64,000 bases of DNA, from the IMG/VR virus record IMGVR_UViG_3300005289_000052, positions 179,670-243,669 of that record; one strand, 5' to 3'. The notes below the pieces were generated by a model. The model had not been told where the DNA came from and searched no databases. It was given only the letters and a program-made list of their open reading frames with translations. Below are positions 55,384 to 64,000 of the stretch, piece by piece. Each line of letters begins with the position of its first letter. Positions within the stretch are counted from its first letter, which is position 1. A program made the translations under genes and the position numbers.

Positions 55384-57012
55384 TCAGTCCCCAGTCATAT
55401 TCCGTAATACGAGTTGAACAGTCTGCACGTTGCAGGAAGCTTTAAAGCCACCACGTGGATCGAGGTAAGCCTCGCGACTGTTAAGAAGTTTGTCGATCTC
55501 ATCAATGGACTCTTGCGTGTACACGATGGTCGAAGAAGCGGTGTCACCGTCGAAGTCAGCACCCAGGCCACCCAAGCGAGAAGGATGGATAACCTGCGAG
55601 TCAACGTAAGCCAGTGGTTCGTAGGACGGGAACTCCAAAGCTACAGAGTCCTCCATCGGGTTCCAATCAACACCCAGCTCAACCCGCACCTCACCTTTCA
55701 TGGTGGTCTTGGTGTAGATGGTGGATGGATAGGTCGAACCAATGCCCGTCACTGGGTAACGAGTTACGATGGTCTTCAACGTGTTCCAGCGTTTATAGCC
55801 GGAGAGGTAGATCAGTTCGATCAGGGTCAGAGGAGCTACGTTCTTACGATCGAAGCCTTCTGGGAGTTCACCGATGTCGCCAAAGATCTTGAAGGTGTTA
55901 TCAGGCCCACGATACACCAGGCCCAAGTAGCGGTCTTCAAGCATCACTGGTTTGTGACGGTTCTCCACGATCCGCATCGACTCAATGACTTTCTCCAAAC
56001 CTTCAACCGTAATCCAACGGTCACGAACATCTGGAGGCAGATCAACCAGTTCAGACTTGAGGGTCTTGGGGTCAATCAATCGAGCAGAAGTAGAACTGTC
56101 ACCTACCGAGAACACTTCACCCAACCATCCATTTCGCAACAGGAAGATAGTCAGAGGAAGTGCACCTTTGGCTACTTGGAACATACCCAAGATAGTGTCG
56201 GTGTAATCTGGCGAGTTGACCTCATCCAAATCCGCAGTGGAGGTGTCCATTGCAGAGATCACGTTCCGAGTACCGTTGAAGATACGACGGCTACCGTATT
56301 TCTCTTGGATGAAGCCTTTCTTACCAGTGATCATCCGCAGGACGTGGTCGTACACATCGTTAAAGCCCTGTTGGAGGGATCTGCGGCTGTTATCGTACAA
56401 CGGGGATGTCTCTGTACCGTCAGCAGAAACGATCACCTTAGAGGCGCCGAGAATGCGTCGGTAGACATCGTTGATCTCATCCTGTGTACCACGTCCCGTC
56501 GAGTCGACGATGTAGTCACGCAGGCCAGCAGGCATCACCAAGATCTTGCTGGTGGTGGAGATCGCTTGATACTTCTGAATCATCTTGATCCGTTCAGTAC
56601 GGACCGGAGACTTCGATTCACGGTATTTGATCTTCTTCCAATGTTTCAGGAAGTAGGCGTAACCAGTCTCACCCGTCAATTCGTTAGCAAGGATGAAGTC
56701 ACCTTCCTTGTCATCGAAGATGGCGTAAGCAGTACCGGCCATGATGTCACGATACAAGCCACGCAGTTGTACTAATGCGCGGTAGATCGTTGGGTGGAAA
56801 ATGTTCAGGTGGATGTCGATGTACGAGAAGCGGGTGTCCCGCAATTCATCACCAACCCGACCGAACGTTAAGACACTGAACAGGCCGTCTTCGTTGAAGT
56901 TACCAGTCACCCCGTCATGAACGTCAGGGGACTTAACAGGCCGTAACAACTTCAACTTCTCTGCCGTTAAATTCAGGATCGAGACGTTAAATGGGATCTG
57001 GCTATTTTTCAT
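55384..57012 (-). CDS. Virion RNA polymerase beta'-like subunit (phiKZ gp180-like)
   Basis: DGLFS..FG, GKKGFIQ...SRRIFNGTRNVI, TRYPV, GADFDGD. Confidence 0.92.
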   Translation of the reverse strand: MKNSQIPFNVSILNLTAEKLKLLRPVKSPDVHDGVTGNFNEDGLFSVLTFGRVGDELRDTRFSYIDIHLNIFHPTIYRALVQLRGLYRDIMAGTAYAIFDDKEGDFILANELTGETGYAYFLKHWKKIKYRESKSPVRTERIKMIQKYQAISTTSKILVMPAGLRDYIVDSTGRGTQDEINDVYRRILGASKVIVSADGTETSPLYDNSRRSLQQGFNDVYDHVLRMITGKKGFIQEKYGSRRIFNGTRNVISAMDTSTADLDEVNSPDYTDTILGMFQVAKGALPLTIFLLRNGWLGEVFSVGDSSTSARLIDPKTLKSELVDLPPDVRDRWITVEGLEKVIESMRIVENRHKPVMLEDRYLGLVYRGPDNTFKIFGDIGELPEGFDRKNVAPLTLIELIYLSGYKRWNTLKTIVTRYPVTGIGSTYPSTIYTKTTMKGEVRVELGVDWNPMEDSVALEFPSYEPLAYVDSQVIHPSRLGGLGADFDGDTASSTIVYTQESIDEIDKLLNSREAYLDPRGGFKASCNVQTVQLVLRNMTGD

Positions 57013-57074
57013 GGGCGCCTTCTCAGGAATTTATATGAATACCATTACTACACCCAAGAGCCGGGAGCATTACC

Positions 57075-60000
57075 ATGGCTAAGGATCATAACGACATTGA
57101 TGACGATTTAGACAATTTTGACGACTTTGACTTCGGGGATGATTTCAATTTTGATACTCCTCCTCCGAAGGATGATCGCAAGCCAATTGTCAAGGTCGCC
57201 ACTTCGTTCCTGGCGGGGGCTGCCGAAGAGTTATCTGACCCTACTCGGGTTAAGAAGATGGCTCTTGACGCTCTCCCCGAGGGATACGGTAAAGCGGCTG
57301 GGATGGCCGATAAGGTAGCGTCAACTGGGCGCGAACTATACCATACGACCGCCGAAGAATTGAAGCCGGTGATTCGAGACGCCAAACGCTTAGGGCGTCG
57401 CGTTTTGCCGATGACAAAATCCTTTTTGCCCGAGAAACTGCAAAAGAAGTTTGAGGACATTGTCTCCGAAGAACCTAAGGGTCCGTCGGTAGAACAAACC
57501 CGTGATGCACTGATTAACTCAGAAGTCAGCGACATCTTTAAACTTCAGATGGAGGCTGATGCTCAGCAACGGGAAGAGGACAACATCCAAGACCAAGCTG
57601 AGCGTAAGCAAGACACCGCTCGGTTTAAGACTCAGATCGAAACGCTTAACTCGATCCTGTCTGGGGTTAACCGTCAGGTTGCATACCAAGACCAGATCCT
57701 GGCACGTTTCCAGAAGAAGAGTCTGGAACTGCAATACCTGCAATACTTCACCCTGCGTGATACCTACGAGTTGCAGAAAGCTGCTGCGAAGGACACGAAG
57801 ACCGCACTCCAAGACATCGTGAAGAACACGGGTCTGCCTGAATTCGTCAAGTCCAACTTGAGCGAACACGGTGGACATCTGTTCCGTGAACGTCTGCTTG
57901 GTGCAGCATCGTCGAAGGTGAGGGAGTACGGTGCCAAGTTCATTGACAAGTACGCTGGCAACATCAAAGACGCGATGAAGAAGAACGTTGGGGCATTTAA
58001 AGACGCCGCAATGAACGGTCTGACTTCGGCTGACATGTTGTTGGATGCTCGTCAAGGCATGCAAGATGCCGGTGAGTCTACTGATCCGTACACCAGTGGT
58101 GGTAAGTTTGCTGGTGGAATGATCGGTGGTGAACTGGGCGATCGGTTGGCTAAGTTCCTGCGCCCACACGTGGCCAAGATCCCAGGTGTTGCAAAGCTTG
58201 GGAACAAACTTGAATACGGTGCAGACAACCTTCCTGCCCTGATCTCTGATTGGGCGAAAGGAAACCAAGGTGAAGATACCAACTCACCGATGTGGAACAA
58301 GTTGCTACGAGGCTTTAAGGACCTAGCGCCTAAAGATGTCGTGGACAACAAACTTGGTGAGACAGACCTACTGCGTTCTCAAGACGCGGTGCCGTTTACT
58401 CATCTGGTCCGTAAGTCGATCACAGACATCATCCCAGGCTACCTCTCGCGGATTCACCATGAGTTGGCAATCCTGCGTACTGGTGACGCCAGTATCAAGC
58501 GGGTTGGGTATGACCTGAAAGATGGGTCATTTGCTTCCATGGATAAGATCACAAAGTCCATGGCGGGAAGTCTGTTCGATCAGACTAAGAACTTCGATGG
58601 GGTTAAGGATAAAACCAACGAACTCATTGACAAGATTGAAGAGAAGCACGGGGAGAAGCTTTCACCTACTCAACGTAAAGCGCTCTACAACAAGTTCATT
58701 GAAAAGGCTGCAAGTGGACAAGGCCGCTTCAACGTTAAGGAACTCTCTGACGTTGACACTTGGAAGGATCTGGATGATGACGATGCTCTGAAGCTTTCGT
58801 ACATGTTCAGTGACGACGTGGGTGAGGAGAACCAAAACCACTATTCAAAACAATTCCTGAAGATTCGGGATCACGTTAACAACCCTACGGATGCCATCAA
58901 GTCGATGGTCGATGCTGGGCAACTCGAACAGATGCGAGCGTTGGGTCTGATCACTGGCGAGGGTGAAAACCGTCGCATTGATCAGAAGCGTATCATCGAG
59001 ATCTTACAGCGAGGTGGATTCGGTGAGCCAACTGATGGCGGAACTGATTCTCCTGGTGGTACTCCTCGTAATCCTAACGGTGGTCCTAACGGTGGAAATC
59101 CTCTTGGCGGTCTTCGCGGCGCCAACGACAATCCTCAGGCTGCTCACTCGGACGCCGAAAAAGTAGCGACGCCCAAGAACCCTAACGAGTTCATGGAGAC
59201 CATTGGTGAGTACCAGATGTTGCTGTTGGAGGATATCCGTAAGGGTATCGCTAACCCGGCGGCGTTGGCGCAATATTCCGAAGCAGCACGCAATGATCCG
59301 AAGGCTACAGATGACGAGTGCACCTGTGTCGAGCGAATGATCAAAGCGTATCAGGAAGGCAACCAACAACTGGTTGATCAACTGACTGCTACCTACGAGC
59401 TGTTGATCTCTGGTCAACTGCAAACCATTTCGATGGGGGTTCCGTTTGACCCTGAGAAATTGGGGATGCGAACTTTAGGTGGTCATCTGGGTAAAGGTTT
59501 CGGGAAACTTAAGAACGCCGGTAAATGGGCGGGTGGTAAGTTCTCGAGTTACTACAAAGGTGCGATGAACCTCCAGAAGAACATTATCAAGGGTGGATTC
59601 AAAGGCGCTTGGGCTGGTGCCAAGGGTGCTGCGAATCTGATGTTTGGTCGGGCAAAAGGTAAGCTCAACGAGTGGGGCGACGTTTACGTCAAAGGTCAGT
59701 TCCGCCCAATCTTGACCTGGGCTCAACTCAAAGCCGGTGAATACCTCAACGAAGACGGTACGCCGATTACTTCGTGGAAGGACGTCAAAGGTCCAGTGAA
59801 GAACAAAGCAGGCGAGTACGTCTTAACTGCTGAGCAATTCGCACAAGGCTTGGTGGATGAAAAGGCTCGTCCTCTCTTCACCAAACTCAAGGACTTCGGC
59901 AAGGGGATGTTCAGCAAGATCAACAGCCTTTACACAGCACCGTTCAAAGCGATCAAGAACATGGTCTCTGGTGCGTGGAATGGACTGAAAGGTTTCGTTG

Positions 60001-63000
60001 AACGACCTCGTGACATGTACATCCCTGGCAACCCAGTGCCGGTACTGTTGGCCTCTGTAATGGCGGCTGGTGGATACCGTAACGCCGACGGGTCTCCGAT
60101 CACTAAGTGGACGGATATCAAAGGTACGGTGTATGACCTTGAGAACAACGTAGTAGTCTCTCTGGAGACGATGCGTCAAGGCTTGGTCGACATGGCAGGT
60201 AAGAAGTTCACGACTCTCAAGGGTGCTCTGTGGAGCGGTGCTAAATCCTTGGTGGGTGGTGCCTTCCGAATGGGTCGTCGTGCTATCGGTTCTGTCAAGA
60301 GCATGATGGGCAAAGGGTTCGGTGCTCTCAAGAAGGGTGCCGGTGGTTTGATGGGTATGGTCAAAGGTGGCCTCAAGAAAGCGGGAATCGGTGGAGGCGG
60401 TGGTTCTTCTGAGATGATGGAAGTCATCGGGGAATACCAAATCCTGCTGCTCGAAGAAATTCGGGATGGCATCCGTGACCTCAAACCTAAAACCATTCGT
60501 GGTGACATTGATGGTGACGGTATTCGTGAAGGTTCGTCACAGTGGTTGAGTGAACGCCGGAAGAAACGTCGTGAGGATCGAGAGGCTGCACAGAAAGCCA
60601 AAGACGATGCGCGTAACGGGAAGAAGGAAGAGAAGAAAGGTGGCCTGCTGGGTCTCATTACTCTGATCGCCGGTGGCGTGATGGGGATGGCGAAGAACCT
60701 GTTGTCTCTGCCTAAAGCTTTGTTCAGCATCGCTCGGAGTCTCAGTGCTGCAAAAGGCATTGGTGCTCTGGCTGACATCGCAGGTGGCATGGGTCGCGGT
60801 GGGCGTCTGGGTCGTATTGGACGCGGAGCTGCAACCGTAGGCCGTGGTGCTATGGCGGTGGGTGGTATGTTAGGTCGTACCGCTCTGGGTGTTGGTCGTC
60901 TGGCCTTTGGGGGCGTTGGTGGTATTGCTCGCGGTGCTTGGGCTTTAGGTTCAGCAGCCATTGGTGTACTCGGTGCTCCGTTGGTGCTCGGTGCTGCTGC
61001 GGTTGCCGCAGTAGGTTATCTGGCGTACAAAGGGTACAAGGCCTACAAGAAAGCCAAGAACTCCCACCTGGTCAAGTACCGGATGGCACAGTACGGTATT
61101 TCTTGGGACGACGAAGATCAAGTCAGCAAGGCTATGGAGTTGGAACTGATTGTGGCTCCGGCTGTACAGTTCAATTCCAACAACCCTCGCATTGATTGGA
61201 AGGCGGTGAAGGTAGACAAGATCAAGGAACTGTTTGGTCTCTCGGACGATGAGCCTGAGAAAACTGAACGCTTCGGCAAATGGTTCGAGACTCGTTTCGG
61301 TCCAGTCCTCATCAACCATCTGAAAATGCTTCAGAAGTATTCAACCAGCACCAAGCTGGAAGAAGCTGACGATGTAGTGAAGATGGAAGATAAGCTGAAG
61401 TACTTGGAAGGCGTTAAAGTTGACGACCCAGATACCACCTACGGTGATCTGACCAGTCCGTTTGACGATGACGATCTTTCGATGGGTCCTGCTCAAGTCC
61501 AAAAGGTGTGGGAAGAAGTTACTGCCGCCATCAAGGAGGACATGCCTGAGAAGGCTAAGGAATCCAAAGGTGAACAAGCTCAAACCGGCGCTAAGGAAGC
61601 TGCTGGTGCTGCGGCTGCTGCCGGTGCTCTGAAACAGAAAGGTTTCATGGATGGAATCAAAGACGGACTGGTTAACAGTACGTTGCTGGGTCGAGCGGCT
61701 AGTTGGCTCAACGAGAAAACGGGTGGTGCTATTGTCAAAGGGGCTTCGGCTATCTTTGGTGCGATGGCTGCTCCGTACGTTGGTGCATTCAACTGGATCA
61801 AGGAAAAGATCTTCGGTAAGGACTTCAAGGTTCCATCCATCTTGTCAGGTGAGATCGACCCTCTGACCAGTATCCGGTATCGTCTCTACGGTATCTACTC
61901 AATGGAGTACGCGCGTGTCTCGCCTATCTCCAAGCTGGAAGAGTTGTTGATTGATGACGTTAAGTATTCGGGTAGCGGTAAGGCTGAGTACGATGGTGAA
62001 CCTGGTGACATCTGGAAGAAGGTAGCAGGTAGCTTTACTGCAACGCCGGATTCCGATGAGGCCAAGGATCGCTGGATGCAGTGGTTCAGCAATCGTTTCC
62101 TGCCGGTGTATATCTCCTACCTGACGGCTGTACGTGGCTTCTCGAAGAACGGTAACCCGTTCGATGCGTACTCTCGTCTGCGTGCTGCACAGAGCCTTGA
62201 GATCGCTCGGTTTATGAACTCGGCTAACGCTGAGGAAGATTCCAAGTCTGAGAACAACCGTTCTGTGTGGGGAGTGACTGCTTCGCCGTTTGATGATTAT
62301 CCGCTCAACACGGATGCCAAGATCATTGAACCGTTCATCTCGGTGATTCAAGCCGATGCTAACAAGGAAGTATTGAACGAGAAGGTGAAGGTTGGTGCGG
62401 CTGCCAAAACTCAGGACATGATCAATCGTGCTCTGGGTACTAACAGCACTTCCGGTCCGTTGATGATGCGTCAGGACAACGGTAACGCAGCACAGTCAAA
62501 ACTGCCGGGTGGTCTGCTGAGTGCGATGTATGGCACGATGAAGACTGCGGGTGGTGACCCAGGCTACATGAATGGTGGCTTGCAGGTTCAACACCCAGGT
62601 AATGGTACTGGTGGTAGTGTCAACGACTTGCCTCAGGTCTCAGGAGCTGATGGAGAGTACTCGACCTACAAGGACATGATTGTAGCGGCATCGAGGATGG
62701 TCGGGGTTGACCCTGGCTTGATGGCAACCATGGCTGCCTTGGAGTCTAACTTCAAAGGTCGTGTGAAGTCTAAGTCCTCGTCTGCAACCGGCCTGTACCA
62801 GTTCATTGACGATACATGGAAAGCGATGTTGCTCAAGTACGGTCCGAAGTATGGACTGGACCCCAACACGCCTCCAACCGATCCACGTGCGAACGCCCTG
62901 TTGGGTGCTGAGTACATTCGTGAAAACACTGAGAAGCTGAAACAAGGTCTGGGTCGAGATCCAACGGACACCGACATCTACCTGGCTCACTTCTTCGGTC

Positions 63001-64000
63001 CTGCTGGTGCGCTCAAGTTCCTCTCCGCTAAGGGTGATGCGAACGCGGCGAGCATCATGCCAAAAGCTGCCAACGCCAACAAAGCGATCTTCTTCGCTGA
63101 CGGTCGTCCTCGGACTATCAGTCAGGTCTACGCTGAGGTCGACAGACGGGTTAAGGTCAAGCGTGACATGTACGCAGGGGATGCACGCAGTGCCATGGGT
63201 ATGGCTCCAGGTACAGCGAATACTCCAACCCCAGCTATCCCAGGCGTTACCTCATCTGCTGGTCTCGGAATGCCGCCTGCGGCTAACGAAGGCAGCGGTG
63301 GTGGTAGTGGTTCCATGGGTGCTGGTACTGTAGGGATCATGGCTCCTTCGGGTGCACCGTCTCCTACAGGCGTGGGTTCGGGTAGTGGTGGTAGTGATAC
63401 TGGTGCTCTCGGTGGTGGGATGTCTGTCCCAGGCATTACTCCGATGGGTGGTCAACCAGTCAGTGGCTCACAACAAGCACTGTCTACTAACACAACGCTT
63501 GCCGGTGGTAAAGATGCGGGTACGGTTATCCTGCAACGGGAGAAGTCGACTGATGGTGGTACGTTCGGTAAGTTGACCTTGCCTGACGGTACCTCGTACA
63601 ACACCTTGGAACTGGCTTGGCGTAACAACGAGTCAGGTAAGTCTTGCATTCCTCCGGGGACTTACAAAGTCGAGACGCGGAACTCTCCGAAGTTCGGTCC
63701 TGGCGTATACGAGGTGAAGAACGTACCTGGCCGTTCAGCGATCCTGATTCACTCCGGTAACTTTGCCGGTAACGTGGACAAGGGTCAAAAGTCGAACGTA
63801 CAAGGTTGCATCATGCTGGGCTTCTCACGCTCAGTACAAAGTGGCCAGCCGATGATCAACGAATCTAAGGCTGCAATGCAATCGTTCATGGAGAAGATGG
63901 GTGGACGTCCGTTCACCATGACTGTCGTGAGCGCAGAAGGAAGTACCGAGACTCCTCAAGGTACCCAAGGGGCTCCTGCTCAGGAGCAAAGTCAAGTATC
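57075..64000 (+). CDS. Tape-measure / virion lysin (phiKZ gp181-like), partial: SLT transglycosylase domain (~62660-63150) and DUF5675-like peptidase domain (~63520-63930)
   Basis: Manual translation from ATG 57075 (GGAG RBS; MAKDHNDIDDD...); same frame gives AALESNF...SATGLYQF...YLAHFFG and TLE...CIPPGTY...ILIHSGN...GCIMLG; absence from the ORF track fits no stop in window. Confidence 0.88.
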   Translation, partial: MAKDHNDIDDDLDNFDDFDFGDDFNFDTPPPKDDRKPIVKVATSFLAGAAEELSDPTRVKKMALDALPEGYGKAAGMADKVASTGRELYHTTAEELKPVIRDAKRLGRRVLPMTKSFLPEKLQKKFEDIVSEEPKGPSVEQTRDALINSEVSDIFKLQMEADAQQREEDNIQDQAERKQDTARFKTQIETLNSILSGVNRQVAYQDQILARFQKKSLELQYLQYFTLRDTYELQKAAAKDTKTALQDIVKNTGLPEFVKSNLSEHGGHLFRERLLGAASSKVREYGAKFIDKYAGNIKDAMKKNVGAFKDAAMNGLTSADMLLDARQGMQDAGESTDPYTSGGKFAGGMIGGELGDRLAKFLRPHVAKIPGVAKLGNKLEYGADNLPALISDWAKGNQGEDTNSPMWNKLLRGFKDLAPKDVVDNKLGETDLLRSQDAVPFTHLVRKSITDIIPGYLSRIHHELAILRTGDASIKRVGYDLKDGSFASMDKITKSMAGSLFDQTKNFDGVKDKTNELIDKIEEKHGEKLSPTQRKALYNKFIEKAASGQGRFNVKELSDVDTWKDLDDDDALKLSYMFSDDVGEENQNHYSKQFLKIRDHVNNPTDAIKSMVDAGQLEQMRALGLITGEGENRRIDQKRIIEILQRGGFGEPTDGGTDSPGGTPRNPNGGPNGGNPLGGLRGANDNPQAAHSDAEKVATPKNPNEFMETIGEYQMLLLEDIRKGIANPAALAQYSEAARNDPKATDDECTCVERMIKAYQEGNQQLVDQLTATYELLISGQLQTISMGVPFDPEKLGMRTLGGHLGKGFGKLKNAGKWAGGKFSSYYKGAMNLQKNIIKGGFKGAWAGAKGAANLMFGRAKGKLNEWGDVYVKGQFRPILTWAQLKAGEYLNEDGTPITSWKDVKGPVKNKAGEYVLTAEQFAQGLVDEKARPLFTKLKDFGKGMFSKINSLYTAPFKAIKNMVSGAWNGLKGFVERPRDMYIPGNPVPVLLASVMAAGGYRNADGSPITKWTDIKGTVYDLENNVVVSLETMRQGLVDMAGKKFTTLKGALWSGAKSLVGGAFRMGRRAIGSVKSMMGKGFGALKKGAGGLMGMVKGGLKKAGIGGGGGSSEMMEVIGEYQILLLEEIRDGIRDLKPKTIRGDIDGDGIREGSSQWLSERRKKRREDREAAQKAKDDARNGKKEEKKGGLLGLITLIAGGVMGMAKNLLSLPKALFSIARSLSAAKGIGALADIAGGMGRGGRLGRIGRGAATVGRGAMAVGGMLGRTALGVGRLAFGGVGGIARGAWALGSAAIGVLGAPLVLGAAAVAAVGYLAYKGYKAYKKAKNSHLVKYRMAQYGISWDDEDQVSKAMELELIVAPAVQFNSNNPRIDWKAVKVDKIKELFGLSDDEPEKTERFGKWFETRFGPVLINHLKMLQKYSTSTKLEEADDVVKMEDKLKYLEGVKVDDPDTTYGDLTSPFDDDDLSMGPAQVQKVWEEVTAAIKEDMPEKAKESKGEQAQTGAKEAAGAAAAAGALKQKGFMDGIKDGLVNSTLLGRAASWLNEKTGGAIVKGASAIFGAMAAPYVGAFNWIKEKIFGKDFKVPSILSGEIDPLTSIRYRLYGIYSMEYARVSPISKLEELLIDDVKYSGSGKAEYDGEPGDIWKKVAGSFTATPDSDEAKDRWMQWFSNRFLPVYISYLTAVRGFSKNGNPFDAYSRLRAAQSLEIARFMNSANAEEDSKSENNRSVWGVTASPFDDYPLNTDAKIIEPFISVIQADANKEVLNEKVKVGAAAKTQDMINRALGTNSTSGPLMMRQDNGNAAQSKLPGGLLSAMYGTMKTAGGDPGYMNGGLQVQHPGNGTGGSVNDLPQVSGADGEYSTYKDMIVAASRMVGVDPGLMATMAALESNFKGRVKSKSSSATGLYQFIDDTWKAMLLKYGPKYGLDPNTPPTDPRANALLGAEYIRENTEKLKQGLGRDPTDTDIYLAHFFGPAGALKFLSAKGDANAASIMPKAANANKAIFFADGRPRTISQVYAEVDRRVKVKRDMYAGDARSAMGMAPGTANTPTPAIPGVTSSAGLGMPPAANEGSGGGSGSMGAGTVGIMAPSGAPSPTGVGSGSGGSDTGALGGGMSVPGITPMGGQPVSGSQQALSTNTTLAGGKDAGTVILQREKSTDGGTFGKLTLPDGTSYNTLELAWRNNESGKSCIPPGTYKVETRNSPKFGPGVYEVKNVPGRSAILIHSGNFAGNVDKGQKSNVQGCIMLGFSRSVQSGQPMINESKAAMQSFMEKMGGRPFTMTVVSAEGSTETPQGTQGAPAQEQSQV

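Noticed and set aside
794-57012. Introns or inteins in RNAP, polymerase or terminase genes
   Set aside because: ORFs are continuous, of expected size, with no intein motifs seen; nvRNAP beta' is unsplit, unlike phiKZ
57086-63649. Many short ORFs on both strands in the last 7 kb
   Set aside because: All lie inside the single long frame starting at 57075, which the track omitted because it has no stop in the window
1-64000. CRISPR array, IS element or recoded stop codons
   Set aside because: No regularly spaced direct repeats, transposase or suppressor tRNA seen; core genes read through with the standard code

Overview
64-kb segment of a phiKZ-like, nucleus-forming jumbo myophage (Chimalliviridae type). 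Identifications come from motif recognition and recalled phiKZ synteny, not from database searches. Core blocks: (1) non-virion RNAP beta' subunit, chimallin (nuclear shell) and family-B DNA polymerase (1-9.5 kb); (2) PhuZ tubulin operon (20-22 kb); (3) terminase, structural genes, tail sheath and tube (31-43 kb); (4) prohead protease, virion RNAP beta and beta', and a >2300-aa tape-measure/lysin gene that runs off the right end and is missing from the ORF track (46-64 kb). The most unusual region is a minus-strand RNA operon at about 12.55-18.6 kb. It holds 11 canonical tRNAs interleaved with at least 7 remodelled tRNA-like RNAs (53-nt anticodon-loop insertion, collapsed anticodon loop, extra arms, circular permutation). 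It also holds several hairpin-dense non-coding blocks and a small anti-defence-like cassette (DUF2829/Tad2-like fusion plus a paralog). A second ~520-nt end-paired ncRNA candidate lies at the end of the PhuZ operon. Eight phiKZ-type early promoters and a TTTATGCCG motif attached to most terminators are visible. All RNA structures were derived by eye.
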